In this document: piece by piece, positions 12,369 through 25,789 of the stretch | Numbering within the stretch: position 1 is the first letter of the stretch | Layout: every line of letters begins with the position of its first letter | Source: Mustelus asterias | Taxonomy: Eukaryota | Assembly: GCF_964213995.1 (NCBI RefSeq) | Contig: NW_027590143.1 | Location: 868,001-932,000, forward strand | Length of the DNA: 64,000 nt | Direction: 5' to 3' | Notes under the pieces: generated by a model | What the model saw: the letters and a program-made list of their open reading frames with translations, nothing else | Database searches by the model: none | Told to the model about the DNA's origin: nothing | Made by a program: the position numbers and the translations under genes

Positions 12369-12510
12369 ATTCTGTTGGCAAGTTGGATTAGGTGGGCAGG
12401 TCAGCGCCTTTCATGTGTCGGCGCAGACTCAATGGGCCGAAGGGTGTCTTCTGCACTGTCGGATTCTGTGAACTGTTACAGGCTAATCGTTTCTGTTCAA
12501 CGCTGAAAGC

Positions 12511-12524
12511 GCGCCCTCTGCTGA
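12511..12524 (-). promoter_or_regulatory. CTCF-type motif 25 bp beyond RSS nonamer
   Basis: TCAGCAGAGGGCGC on the minus strand. Confidence 0.7.
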
Positions 12525-12549
12525 TCGCCAAATGTAACTCCCTGTCTGG

Positions 12550-12880
12550 GGTTTTTCTACGGGATTCTCTGAACCTCTGCAGTAGTGTGGGCTCCATGGC
12601 ACAGAAAGACACAGTGCTGTCAGAGAGAAGTGTTCCGGCGATATTTGAGGGAACCATTTTATGTTTTCTTGTGCAAAACAGCAGAAAATCTATCCGGAGA
12701 ATCTTCACACTGCGCTATATATCGTCAATCAATATGTCGGATCTTCCCCGCGAGGCTGGTTGTACCAGAGCAGAGTTCGAACATCAGCCGTCGAGTAACT
12801 GCAGCCCAGTGTTATGGTCCGTCTTTCCTGTATCGTTAATTCGGGGGGACCTTGGAACATCTCATCTTTGTCATTCGTTC
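12550..12880 (-). pseudogene. TRAV/TRDV-type V pseudogene (possible decayed leader at ~13411-13350)
   Basis: Acceptor then DEMFQGPPELTIQERRTITLGCSYSTADVRTLLWYNQ, stops, ..LSDSTVSFCAME; CACACTA-24-AGAAAAACC. Confidence 0.85.
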
Positions 12881-14235
12881 CTGCAACATATTACAGAATC
12901 TATTCAATTTCTGGTAATGAACGCTGGGAACAGACAATGACTATTCAACACAGACTCAGCGGGCAACAAAGCCAACAATATTAGTAAACAGCGTTTGGAG
13001 AAAATGTTTGCCGTTTTAGAATTGTACAGAAAAAGCAAAATTTTAAAATTATGCCAACTCTTGTACTCTGGCATGAAGAAGTAGTTTTCTATTACGGGCA
13101 GGCTTTCTATGTTAGGAAACTAAGGGGCGTTGCCAATAACAGATTGGCTGGTTTCACAGTGTTCTCAGGAAATGGCCACCCAACAATGTTAGTTGTAGCC
13201 CAATTACAGCATCTGAGTGTTTCTCTGTCTCCTCCTGTTTGTTTTTCTGAGTCTCCAGCTCTCTGTTCGTCTCGGTGTCTGTTTGACAATCTCTAATCTT
13301 TTGCCCTCCAGTGTCTGCCTCATCTCTCTGTGTCTCAGAGCCCCGCTCTCCCTCAACCACGTTCCAGGAAAGTGCAGAAAGTAGAACATGCAATTTCTTC
13401 CAGTCACCCATTTTGACAAGTTCCCCGAACCCCATTAGGGACACCTCATACGTTGGACAAAAAATAATAACGGCAACCGTGAGAAAAGTTTAAAATTGAA
13501 GCAGTTACACTGAAATCCGACATTCTACCAGATAATTGAGAGTCAGGAGTCAAATTTACACCCTTTCGGTGTGTGTACAGGCCTTTCTAAAGAGTCCGGA
13601 TCTTATCAGTATTGCTGCAGTCGGGAATGGGTTAATGACCCTTGTCACACTTAAGCATTAAGACCCGAACTCTGTGATTTTGTTTAGAACACTGCAGAGT
13701 CCATGTTTTTGTCAGAGTTCGGTGTTTTTCATGTCTGTGCCAGATAAAAGAAACAGCTATTCCTCTGTCTCCATTTGTTATCAGGAAATGCGATTAACCC
13801 AGCTCGAGTTAAGCTAAACAGCCTCCATTTTTATGTACCTTTGTTTAACACGATGGAGTTGACATGTATGCCTTTTGTCTTTGAATCACCATAGATTCAT
13901 ATATATATTCATCATACGTTATTCATCTTATCCTGATATAAAGTATTATACAAACTTGTATGTATATTAGTTAATTTGTTTGTGCAAAACCTGTGATGTT
14001 GTTTCAAGGATATAAATGACGAACAATCGTGGCCTTTGAGATCGGACAAACTGCGCAGAGGAAGATACTGCTAAAACAACAAGAATCTCACCATGAACAA
14101 TAACAGACATCTTAGAGAATTGCAATGTAATGAGGGCGGGGCCCGGGACATATATAAACTCTGTTCTTACTTGTGTTCGATAAGAAGGCTGGGGGTCCAC
14201 TGTTAGGAACCTCACTTCTCCCACAATTGTGAAAA

Positions 14236-14631
14236 TGAACCTGCATTTTGATCTCCTAATAGTGTCAGAGGTTTTTTACCTACAACAATTGCTATGGCTT
14301 CAAATTGTGAAACATGATTATGTTTTAACAGATAAGCCTGGGACATTCAAAATAGGAGAAAAAATAATAAGGATTCAAACTGAAGTTCCGTGAATTGGTC
14401 CGTCTAAATTAAGCATAATATTATTATAATAAGAATAATCGGAACAAGAAAAGATACAGCAGCATTATCCTGCAACAAGATACTCAGTAATCTGAGAATT
14501 CAGAGATCTCCCAGGCAGAACATTTACCTCACATGACCACAAGAGGGAGAACCACCACCGTGTTCCTCTGTACGCCAGGAGCGGTTTCAATTACACAGTG
14601 ATGTGTTGCAGAGCAGTTATCCACAAGAACT
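14236..14631 (+). pseudogene. Heavily decayed V relic with RSS
   Basis: CACAGTG-22-ACAAGAACT at 14594-14631 preceded by TTVFLC-like codons; GC box and TATA at ~14133-14158; leader-like MNLHFDLLIV. Confidence 0.4.
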
Positions 14632-15024
14632 GGATTATTAATCCACCTTAATGATTTGGATTCCGATCACATCAGGAGGAAACTTGAATCCAGTTAACCA
14701 AATAATCATGTGGAATTAAAGGTGCAATAAGTGGTGATCCTGACACTAGATAATTGGTATAAATTCCCAATTAGCTTAATGATGATATGGAGTGAAGGAA
14801 ACTTGTCGTCCTTATACGCCCTCACTCCAGACACACAGCAACGTGATTAACTCCTAACCTTTTTTGAATTATGTCACTAAGACCGATAAACCACACGAAC
14901 TGCGGGGTTCATCTTGGTCGATTCTTTCAGGAAACCCGACAATTCCGCAGTTTATCGAGTTCTTTGTATCCATATTGTGCGATTTCCCCTCTATTTCTTC
15001 ATTCTGTCTGCGCAGTAGACAATT

Positions 15025-15930
15025 TGATTGGATTTGATTTGATTTGATTGTCACATGTATTAACATACACTGAAAAGTATTGTCCCTGGCGCGCTATGCA
15101 GACAAAGCATACCGTTCATAGAGAAGGAAACGAGAGATTTTAGAATGTGGTGTTACAGTCATAGCTCGGGTGTAGAGAAAGATCAACTTAATGCAAGGTA
15201 AGTCCATTCACATCTCTTACAGCAACAGGGAAGATGCTGTTCTTGAGTCGGTTGGTACGTGACCTCAGACTTCTGTACCTTTTTCTCTACGGAAGAAGGT
15301 GGAAGACAGAATGTCCGGGGTGCGTGGGGCCCTTAGTTACGCTGGCTACTTTGCTGAGCCAGCGGGAAGTGTAGACAGAGTCAATGGACGGGAGGCTGGT
15401 TTGCGTGATGGATTGGGCTACATTCACGACCTTTTGTAGTTCCTTGAGGGCTTGGGCATAGCAGGAGCCATACGAAGTTCTGATTCAACCAGAAAGAATG
15501 CTTTCTATGGTGCATCTGTAAAAGTTGGTGAGAGTCATGCCAAATATTCTTCGTCTTCTGAGAAAATAGTGGCGTTGATGGGCTTTCTTATCTATAGTGT
15601 CGGCATGGGGGAACCAGGACAGGTTGTTGGTGATCTGGACACCTAAAAACGTGGAGCTCTCAGCCTTTTCTACTTCGTCCCCTTTGATGCAGACAGGGAC
15701 ATGTTCTCCTTTACGCTTCCTGAAGTCGCTAACAATCTTCTTCGTTTTGTTGGCATTGAGGGAAAGATTATTGTTGCCGTACCAGTTCACCAGATCCTCT
15801 ATCTCATTCCTGTACTCTGTCTCGTCATTGTTTGAGATCGATCCACTACGGTAGTGTCGTCAGCAAACTTGAAAATCGAATTGGAGGGGAATTTGGCCAT
15901 ACAGTCATAGGTGTATGAGGAGTATAGTAG
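15025..15930 (-). mobile_element. Rex1/Babar-type LINE 3' fragment
   Basis: NNLSLNANKTK..DFRK..FLGVQITNNLSW..KKAHQRHYFLRR; (CAAAT)n tail. Confidence 0.75.
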
Positions 15931-16031
15931 ACTTTAACCGACCTTCACCCAAATGTAAACCTTTACTATTTTGAATTCATGCCCATTTGTTCTATTGCTG
16001 CATTTTGAATAAATGTTTCTCAGTTTCTCAC

Positions 16032-16860
16032 ACAAAGAACAAAGAACAGTACAGCACAGGAAACAGGCCCTTCGGCCCTCCAGGCCTGTGCCGCTACTTG
16101 GTCCAACAAGACCAATCGTTTGTATCCCTCCATTCCCAGGCTGCTCATGTGACTATCCAGGTAAGTCTTAATCGATGTCAGCGTGTCTGCCTCCACCACC
16201 CTACTTAACAGCGCATTCCAGGCACCCACCACCCTCTGTGTAAAAACATCCCTCGAATATCTGAGTTATACTTCGCCCCTCTCACCTTGAGCCCGTGACC
16301 CCTCGTGATCGTCACTTCTGATCTAGAAGCTTCCCAGCGTTCACCCTATCTGTCCTCTTCATAATTTTGTACACCTCTATTAGATCTCCCGTCATTCTCC
16401 GTCTTTCCAGGGAGAACAACCCCAGTTTACCCAATCTCTCCTCATAGCTAAGACCCTCCATGCCAGGCAACATTCTGGTAAACCTTCTTTGCACTCTCTC
16501 TAACGCCTCCTCGTCTTTCTGGTAGTGCGGCGACCAGAACTGGACGCAGTACTCCAAATGTGGCCTAACCAGCGTCCTATACAGCTGCATCATCAGACTC
16601 CAACTTTTATACTCTATACCCCGTTCTATAATGGCAAGCGTACCATATGCCTTCTTCACCACCTTCTTCACCTGTGTTGCCACCTTCAACGATTTGTGGA
16701 CTTGCACACCTAGGTCCCTCTGTGTTTCTATACTCTTGATGACTCTGCCATTTATTGTATAACCCCTCCCTACATTATTTCTCCCAAAATGCATCACTTC
16801 GCATTTATGTTCCAAAATTCATCACTTCGCATTTATGTTCCAAAATGCATCACTTCGCAT
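16032..16860 (-). mobile_element. CR1 3' fragment
   Basis: KCEVMHFG..RDLGV..LVRPHLEYCVQFWSP..RRFTRM; TCTTTGT tail. Confidence 0.92.
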
Positions 16861-17708
16861 CACACCCTCTGACATTTTTAAATATTTATTTCCTTCCCTG
16901 GAATCCCTGCTTCTATTTGAGTCAATATTTTACTCTCTGTACCCCACTGTTACTCTCATTATCAAGGAAATTTAATAATTTGCAGCCAACAAAACAACAC
17001 AAATCATGTGGACCCGGGCCCACACGCAACATCAGCTTCAAGCACATCCCCAGTAATAGCAAGGCATCCGTTTTCAGAACCAAATGCGGTGTTTCGTAAT
17101 TTCTCGGTTCCAATTAACCCAGTGGAAATAGAAACACGAAGCTTGCTGATGTGCAGAGAACCATCGGAAACTACAGACGTTTGTTCTCTCTCCTCACATT
17201 GGGTTCCAACTCAACTCGACGAATCTGCAACGCGAGAATTCCAAGGCTCTGACTTGTTCTTGTAGCCACTGAATAAATTGATAAAATGTGCGCTGAGTCC
17301 AAATAGGTGTGTATATGTTCCTGCTCAGTGTGTAGAGAATGTTCAGCACTTCTATTTTTTCCTGAATTTATTCTGAGGAATCTGTAAGAGCCAATGGCAT
17401 ATGCTTGTAAGATACTCTATTTAGCTAATATTCGTTCGTTGATTAACTGGGGGGAGTGTTTTCTGGCCGCATAGTGTTACTGTCACTAAACTAATAATGC
17501 CGAGAAAAATGATGCAGGTACAGAGACTAGAGTTTGAATTCCAACAGCAACTCAATTCAAGGGCCATGAGTGACGACTTTAAATTAATAAAGAAAATCAC
17601 AATGATGCAACTTTTTGCATGGGTAAACGAATACGTTTTGACAAAAGTTTTGCCAGATGTCAGAGCGTCAAACCAGTAGGTAAACATTGTCGCAATTGCG
17701 ATCTATGT

Positions 17709-18662
17709 GGGCCAGTGGCGCAACGGGATCTTGATCAATTGCAACGGGACCTTGATCAATTCGGCCAGTGGGCTGACGAATGGCAGATGGAGTTTAATTT
17801 AGACAAATGCGAAGTGATGCATTTTGGTAGATTGAACCAGGGCAGGACTTTCTCAGTTAATGGTAGGGCGTTGGGGAGAGTTACAGTACAAAGAGATCGA
17901 GAGGGACATGTTCATAGCTACTTGAAGGTGGAGTCACAGGTGGACAGAATGGTGAAGGCGGCATTCGGCATGCTTGGTTTCATTGGTCAGAACATTGAAT
18001 ACAGGAGTTGGAATGTCTTGTTGAAGTTGTACCAGACATTGGTAAGGCCACACTTGGAATACTGTCTGCAATTCTGGTCACCCTATTATAGAAAGGACAT
18101 TATTAAATTAGAAAGAGTGCAGGAAAGATTTACTAGGATGCTACCGGGACGTGATGGACTGAGTTATAAGGAGAGGCTGGATAGACTGGGTCTTTTTTCT
18201 CTGGAGCGTAGGAGGCTGAGGGGAGATCTTATGGAGGTCTATAAAATAATGAGGGCCATAGATCAGCTAGATAGTCAGTATCTTTTCCCAAAGGTAGGGA
18301 AATCTAAAACTAGAGGACATAGGTTTAAGGTGAGAGGGGAGAGATACAAAAGTGTCCCGAGGGACAATTTTGCACACAGAGGGTGGTGAGTGTCTGGAAC
18401 AAGCTGCCAGAGGCAGTAGTAGAGGCGGGTACAATTTTGTCTTTTAAAAAGCATTTAGATAGTTACACGAGTTCGATGGGTGCATGAGCCAAATGCGGGC
18501 AATTGGGATTAGCTTAGGGGTTTAAAAAAAAGGGCGGCATGGACAAGTTGGGCCGAAGGGCCTGTTTCCATGCTGTCAACCTCTATGACTCTATGACTCC
18601 ATAACGGATAACGCACCCGACTACGGATCAGGAGATTCCAGCCCCGAATCCTGGCTGGCTCG
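17709..18662 (+). tRNA. tRNA-Arg(ACG) pseudogene split by a CR1 insertion (5' part 17709-17726, 3' part ~18603-18662)
   Basis: GGGCCAGTGGCGCAACGG ... AACGGATAACGCACCCGACTACGGATCAGGAGATTCCAG...CCTGGCTGGCTCG. Confidence 0.88.
17721..18600 (+). mobile_element. CR1 3' fragment
   Basis: LQRDLDQ..WQMEFN..LVRPHLEYC; (CTATGACT)n tail. Confidence 0.92.
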
Positions 18663-19012
18663 ATGTAAGACTTTATCAATAGTTCACATACTCCACGTTA
18701 CTGGCGATTAAAGAAAAAGTCTGCGATAACTTTAGACCTAATCCGGAAAATGTTAATCAACTTCAGTCAGCTTCGCCCGACAAATGTATGTTTAATTGCT
18801 TTTCACCAGATGTTGCTTTTTTAAAGTTAGATTCTACTGTAATTTTCTCATCATACAAGTTTAAACGTGTTTTTTTTAAGTGACGAATTCTCCAATTGTT
18901 TGGAAAAAATATTTCAATACGTTTAAGCTTCTTTCTAAATCGTCAAAAACTTCAAGGTAAGTAGTATGGAAAAATACTTTTCAAAATGGTGCAACAATTT
19001 CTAAAAAGTTCG

Positions 19013-19775
19013 TTTGATTTGATTTATTATTGTCACATGTATTAGAATACAGTGGAAAGTAATGTTTCTTGCATGCTATACATACAAATCATACCGTACA
19101 TAGAAAATGAAAGGACAGGGTGCAGAATGTAGGTTACAGTCATATCTAGAGAAAGATCAACTTCATATGAGGTAGGTTCATTCAAATTTTAATGGCAGCA
19201 GGGAAGGTGCTGCTCTTGAGTTAGTTGGTGTGTGTCCTCAGACTTTTGTATCTTTTCAGGGAAAAGCAGAGAAGACGCTGCTCTTGAGTTGGTTAGTATG
19301 TGTCCTCGGACATTTGCATCTTCTGCCCGACGGAAGAAGGTGGAAGGGAGTATGTCCGGTCTGCAAGGGCTGCTTGATTATACTGGCTGCTTTTCTAAGG
19401 CAGCGGAAAGTGCAGGGAGTGTTAATGGATGGGAGGCTGGTTTGCGTGATGGACTGAGTTTCCTTTACGCCCCTCTGCAGTTTCTTGCGGTCCAGGATAG
19501 AGCAGAGCCATACCAAGGTGTTTTACAACCAGGAAGAATGCTTTCTATGGTGCATCTGTACAAGTTGGTAAAGGTCGCAGCAGACATGCCAAATGTCCTT
19601 CGCCTCTTGAGAAAGTAGAGGCGTTTCTTAACTATAGCGCCGGCATGGAGGGACCAGGATAGGTTGTTGGTGATCTGGACACCGAGAAATTTGAAGTCTC
19701 GACCATTTCCAATTAATCTCCGTTGATATAGACAAAGGCATGTCCTCCGCTGCGCTTCCTGAAGTCGTTGACTTT
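19013..19775 (-). mobile_element. Rex1/Babar-type LINE 3' fragment
   Basis: Same family as 15025-15930 (CLRKAASIIK..HTPFHLLPSGRR). Confidence 0.7.
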
Positions 19776-21249
19776 AAACTATGTATAGTACTAAGAATTT
19801 CATAACACAATTAAGTTCCATAGAAAAGCTTTTCAAAAGTTGACGACTTATATTTAAATTCCATGAGGAAATTTATTTGATGTCAGATTAGTTTGAGCAG
19901 TTCACAAAGTAGCCAGAAGATTGAACGTGGAGATGCTGGCGTTGTCCTTCATGGGAGAGAAAGAGATTGAGGGGAGAGTTAATCGAGGTAGATTAGATTA
20001 AGACAGGCTTTGTTCATGTAGATAAAGAAAAAGCATTCCCATTATTTGATGGTACTAACGAAACTTGAGGCGGGGAGGGGAGTTTTTTTTTAAGATTACA
20101 GGCAATGTTGGACGGGGGCGTGGGGGCCGGATACAAGAGCAACATTTTTCCACAGCCTGTGCTCAGGAACCGGGACCATTTGCCGATGAGAGTGGTGGAT
20201 GTGGTTATTTTAGTTAAATAGAAATTCTGAAGCCAGAAGGTTAACATCCTGACAAAGAAAATGGACCTCTGGGAACATTCTGAAGCAGCTCGATGGAACT
20301 CCTCGATTATAATGAATCTGGGAGGTCAACCTGTAGATGTACCTGCCACCCACTGCTGTGTGTTTGTTAAGAGCCTCGCTGATGTTAAATGGGAGGGTAT
20401 CCCAAAATCGAGAAGGATGAATTGGAATACCAATTCTTAATTATGCAAATTTTCAATTTGATATCATGTAAAAAAAAAATGGAAACTAGTGAGGCGTGGA
20501 CCAGTCTTATTGCAAATAATTAATGATGGAAATTTGTGAACTTAAAACAAGCACACGACAAGAAAGATTATAGTGAGCTTCAGCAGAGGACTTAACGACA
20601 AAATTGGCTACACACAGACAGTATCTCATGAAGTTAACCCTCATCCCAGCTGTACAGCTATCTGCCCTATGAGAACTTTCCCTTTCTCAAGCAACATCCG
20701 AAATTATATAACGCTATGAGTTAAATGCAGATTATAGTTACCACCTATGGGTTATTTTACAGGTTGGGAAAGCCTTCTTCAGTTCAGCGTAATGTTGCTT
20801 CTCTGTTTGAGTTTTTAAAAGAGCATCCTTTTTCAGTACATTGCCCTTTTGGGAGAGTCTGCTTTCTACACATGGGTGTGGCTATAGCAGTAGCTGCTCC
20901 TCTCCTCCTGTGCTCAGCGGCCCTCCTATCGTTATGCTGGTCTTCCTGTTTGATGTTATGGTATCTTGATAACACCCCGACAAATAGTTGCAACTTATAT
21001 TCCCTCTCTCCACTTTGTACTCACTTCTTCTATAGTTCTTACATCTTTTTCTGCGCAATATTATTCAACCCATAGTCACTTATATAAATACTTGTTTTCC
21101 TCTGCTTTGATAATTCTCAAATCAAGCGCCCTCAGACAGATGTACTCTTATTAATCCAATTAATCCAATTTCATCCAAATTTTCATTTTAATCCTTTTAT
21201 TTAAATATCTTGAAATGTTCTGGGGACGAGATGCTGGTCTCCATTCTGA

Positions 21250-21361
21250 ACTCCACAGATATCCCCAGGCATTGTTCAGGTGGGACCCGACATCTGCATG
21301 TCTAGTTGTTCCAGATTTGTTTCACACCGGTGTGTTTACCCGCAGCCATCGCACAAAATGG
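21250..21361 (+). pseudogene. Possible V 3'-end relic with RSS
   Basis: D-x5-C spacing (DICMSSC) followed by CACACCG-23-ACAAAATGG at 21323-21361. Confidence 0.3.
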
Positions 21362-21502
21362 GTGAAAGACTTCGGTCAGAATTCAGCTGCCAAAGAGAAC
21401 AGATAACTTGTTGCTCAGCCAAATCTACGTTCATTGCAGTGGGACGGGAGAATTCCAGCTGCAGAAGAGGTCAGAGAAACTGGTGTCATAGCATTCTGCG
21501 TC

Positions 21503-21516
21503 CACCTGGTGGCAGT
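21503..21516 (+). promoter_or_regulatory. CTCF-type motif
   Basis: CCACCTGGTGGCAG. Confidence 0.5.
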
Positions 21517-22009
21517 TGGACCATAACTATGGTTCAGATGTACTGTCGTGGAGCCTGATTCATTATTATTCTCCTTATGTTACACTTGACACTGCATTAC
21601 TTACTAGTGGACTAGACAAAACCGCTGTTTATAATGCTTGAGGCTCTTCCCAGTTTCTGCTGCACTAGATAGTCTCCCTAATCATATCACACAAGTTCGC
21701 AGCATGTTTATATTGCACTAGAGAATGTTCTATCTTTTAGGTTACATCATTCAATTGTTTATATTACAATTATCCTACATCAGTTATTGATGCGCGCACA
21801 AAGTCTGATCATTGTGAGCCAACAGGACTGGCGCTCACTGTGTGTTTCTTGTTCCTGTCTTTCACTGAGTCATTTCTGCTGTTTGTTCTGAACAGCGTTT
21901 CGGAGCATCATTGGTGTGATCGTGTTCCAAGGAAGCTAAACTCAGTGTGGGCACGTGGTCAACAAGACTTGCACATTAGATTCTGTAATATAGTGGCAGC
22001 ACTTTAGAG

Positions 22010-22593
22010 ATGACACCAGTTAAGCTTCTCGTGATCTCATTTCTATTCGGTAAATTGGAACATGTGGAACACTTGTTAATATGACTTGTCATTCTTCCCC
22101 CTATATTATCTAAATACTGAAATGTATTCTTTCCTCTGGTGTAAATAATCCAAATGTGATAGTTAGATTGTGATTGATTTTCCTCATTTTGAAAGCGGGG
22201 AGAGGGGGATGCTTGTCATCAATCAGGGGGTTACCTGAATGTTTTGCATATTATTTGCATATTGCAGGTATATTCCAAGGGAGTTCGGTAACACAGATTC
22301 AACGTCAGTTGAAGGAACTAACCTGGAATTGAGCTGTAATTACAACTCCATTCTGTTGACCTGGATCTGGTACCGGCTTTACCCGAACCAGCCACTTCAG
22401 CCATTATTGCACTGGGATGACACCACGCGCAAGGAAGCCGAGTTTGCCGAAGGAAAATTCGATGCTTGGCATTTCAGTCTATATAAGCTTTTCCCTTTGT
22501 CAATTTCTGCAGTGGAGACAAAAGACAGTGCCCTCTATTTCAGTGGATTGAGGATCACGGTGCCTCAAACCGGGTGTGACCCGTACAAAAACC
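22010..22593 (+). pseudogene. TRAV-type pseudogene: leader 22010-22049, V exon 22268-22555, RSS 22556-22593
   Basis: MTPVKLLVISFLF|GTAAAT; GSSVTQ then frameshift, LELSCNY..WIWYR..FPLSISAVETKDSALYFS (second Cys lost); CACGGTG-22-ACAAAAACC. Confidence 0.9.
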
Positions 22594-23687
22594 GTGTCAA
22601 ACCACAACGAAGCCGGGGAGGTTCGCAAAGGCATCTTCAATCCTGCGACTCTTGAAAAAAAGCATCCCTCGTTCATATAATGATTCAAAAACATACTTTT
22701 ATTCTGGCAAAATGCCGTCAAGCTTTATAGACATCAGTTACTCGGAGTGAGTAGAGAAACGGAATTGGTTCCCTTGACAAAAAAATAAACTTTAGCTGAA
22801 ATTTAAATGAGGTATCTAAATTTATGAAAGAGTCAAATGAGGAAAAATTATTTTCATGGGAAGCAGGGACGACAATGAGAGGATACTGATTTAAGATGAT
22901 CGATAAATAGAAATGCTGGAGAAATGTATGATATATCAAAGCGTGTCGTTATGATCTTCAAAACATTGCCTGAAAGACTGATGGAAAGCGTATGCATTGA
23001 TAAATAACTGGGTGCATGTGGAAAAAATATAGAAGTACAGGACGAAGGATATGTAGCTAGTCTGAAGGAATAGCTCTTGCAGACTACTGGTACGAAGAAC
23101 GTGGCCGAATGCCTTCCTTCTGTGTCGTTTTATCCAGTGATTCAATAAATCATATCCAATCCTAACTCCGGCATAAACAATCGTTCCTGCTGTTGTCTCT
23201 CGTTCAAAATCCTAAAACTGCCTCCAGAATAGCACCGTGGAAGCACCTGCACCATTCACAGTAACGTGGATCAGGGTGAGACCACAATGTGTTTATGTGA
23301 AGTTGGCGATGGACAATAAATGGTGGTCTTGCTATAATCGCCGATAACTAGAGAACAGATGCAACAAATCAAAATCATATGGCACCTTATAAGAATCAGC
23401 ACATAATTTCTTCCTCGGTTTCCATCATTCATCCTTTCCTTTTTTTATTTGTGTCTTGTTTGCTCTCGCATTTTTCCTCTATTTCAGGCCCGCTTTTACT
23501 CTCCCAGATTCTCTCATTCGCCATTTTCCTTTTTCGGCACCTTGAAAGAAGCTCAATGACAAATTACATGCCCGAATGTTATATTTCATGATTAAGCGGT
23601 GTATGGAGGGAAGGGGTGGGGTGAAATGCCAAACACCAGTCCCGCCCAGAGCAGTGACGCAGTCAGGTGGTGCAGGTAGAGAAATCA

Positions 23688-24001
23688 GCTGATTCTTATA
23701 AGGTGCCATATGTTTTTGATTTGTTGCATCTGTTCTCCAGTTATCAATAAATCATATCCAATCCTAACAGGAACGATTGTTTATGCCGGAGTTAGGATTG
23801 GATATGATTTATTGAATCACTGGATAAAACGACACAGAAGGAAGGCATTCGGCCACGTTCTTCGTACCACTCGTCTGCAAGAGCTATTCCTTCAGACCAG
23901 CGACATATCCTTCGTCCTGCACTTCTGTATTTTTTCCACATGCACCCAGTCATTTATCAATGCATACGCTTTCCATCAGTCCTTCAGGCAATGTTTTGAA
24001 G
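23688..24001. repeat. Templated insertion made of three locally copied segments
   Basis: 23688-23745 = revcomp 23343-23400; 23744-23768 = direct copy 23142-23166; 23768-24001 = revcomp 22956-23189. Confidence 0.9.
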
Positions 24002-24167
24002 TACTCGGGTAACATGATGCTTCCCAGTTTTTGCACAGCTACTTTGTACTGGGAAAAAAATCACAAGATCCTTCCTCGCCTTCTGTGCATCAGTCACTTA
24101 AATTAAAATATTTCAATAGTAAATATATCTGTATTTCTACACAGCTGATTCAAAGAGATTACTGGCT

Positions 24168-24478
24168 CAGACTGCACTATATATTACTGAAGGCGATAGT
24201 GTGAAAATGGACTGCAGCTACACAACAAGATCCTATAATCCCGATCTCTACTGGTACTGATAGCTCACGGAGCGGGCTCCATATTTTATTTTGTATCGAG
24301 ATAGAATCGACAGAAGAGACGCAGATTTTGCCAAGGGACATTACGAGGCTGGTCAGATGAATTCAGGAAATAACTTTCCTTTAACGATTACTCGAACATA
24401 AACCCAAGACATCGCAGTCTATTTCTGCTTGTTCAGAGACACAGAAGTTTAGAATTCATTTGTCGTTGCACAAAAACC
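24168..24478 (+). pseudogene. TRAV-type pseudogene lacking leader (deleted)
   Basis: EGDSVKMDCSY..LYWY**..NFPLTITRT*TQDIAVYFCLFR; CACAGAA-23-ACAAAAACC (24440-24478); paralog of the V at 49273-50705. Confidence 0.9.
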
Positions 24479-25789
24479 TCACCGTATAAAAATGACACAG
24501 TTGATGTCTCCAGTTCACGTTCCATACGCGGCTTCGAGGTAACTGTTACATTTCTCAATTCTATCGCCTGTAATTCAGAAAGTTATGGATTCACATCTCC
24601 CTCCAGTGACTTGAGACCATATTCCACCTGGTACTTACACTGCCAGTGCAAATGGAGTCGGATCGTCTCCGCACTGAATTGCTCAGAAACGCTACTAAAT
24701 GGAGGCTCCGCCTGGCCTTTCTGGAGGTTCTTAAACAGCTCACCTCACTAGTTTCTAAAGCAGGGCAGTTATCAAAGAGATTTAAATCTCACTCGACAAG
24801 CTGCAAAAGATGGTCACATCACCGGGGATCTTGTTGTGGGCGTAGCGACTCTTTCCTGCATTGCAATAGTGACTGCACTTCACATTTACTCCATTTGCAT
24901 TGTGGGACAGGCTGTATGGACTCGAAATCCCTTCTCCGTCTATCATTGTTGGCAGAAATAGTAAATTCAGCATTGCACTATGCGGGCCTGCAGACATATT
25001 TTTCAGTTTCTCTCTCGCCACAAGTAATGCCAATTGCCTGGCTCGACCTTCGGCCTGGCCCTGGGGCCCTGGGGTTTTAAATAACCAAACTGGGGTTTCT
25101 GTACCAACCCAATAACAGCACTTGAGCTCAGCTCCCTAAAAGGCTCCCCAGTTCCTCGCGTGCAAAATTTGACTGGACTCCAAACCGCTTTCCTTTACTT
25201 TTAAGGCCATTTGTCTTATTAACCTGCTCAAGCTCTATCCTCAGTCTCTCCTCATCCACATTCTACATAAGAGGGTTTTTTATGACCTCGTTGCTATTCT
25301 TTGAGCGAAGGAAAGCGAAAACCACAGGATGTCAGTTATTCCAATTTGAAAAATAAACGATGAAATATATGAGTTGAACCGAGTGTTTGCGGTTTGCAAA
25401 CATGAGCAGTGGTTTCTGACAAATACTTGCTAAGAAATCAGGAAGATGGCAGCATTAACCTCAAGATTTTCAGCTGTTGTTGTGCCCCTCGTGTGGGAGT
25501 TAGAGAGGAAGTGTTGTAAAGTGGTGAGAGCTGAGAAAAATATGGAGAACAGAAATCATGGAAATGTTACAGTATATCATAAAGCAATGAAATGCAATGT
25601 AAAACAGTAAGCCTCTGAAAGTGACCGACACCGACAGATCAACAGTGATGTACGTGACAAAACGGTCTTCGGATTACTTGCCTGATCTGCCTTTTTTTCA
25701 ATAACTTTCAGATTTTTTCAACCAGCGTTCGACGCTGAAGCTGTGGTCAGGTTCACGGAGATGCAAAAAAACAATTTCCATTTTAATTT

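Noticed and set aside
12392-12940. 182-aa plus-strand ORF
   Set aside because: Antisense shadow of the V pseudogene at 12550-12880 plus a SINE tail
20725-21154. Overlapping ORFs with a hydrophobic stretch
   Set aside because: No recognisable domain, splice structure or RSS
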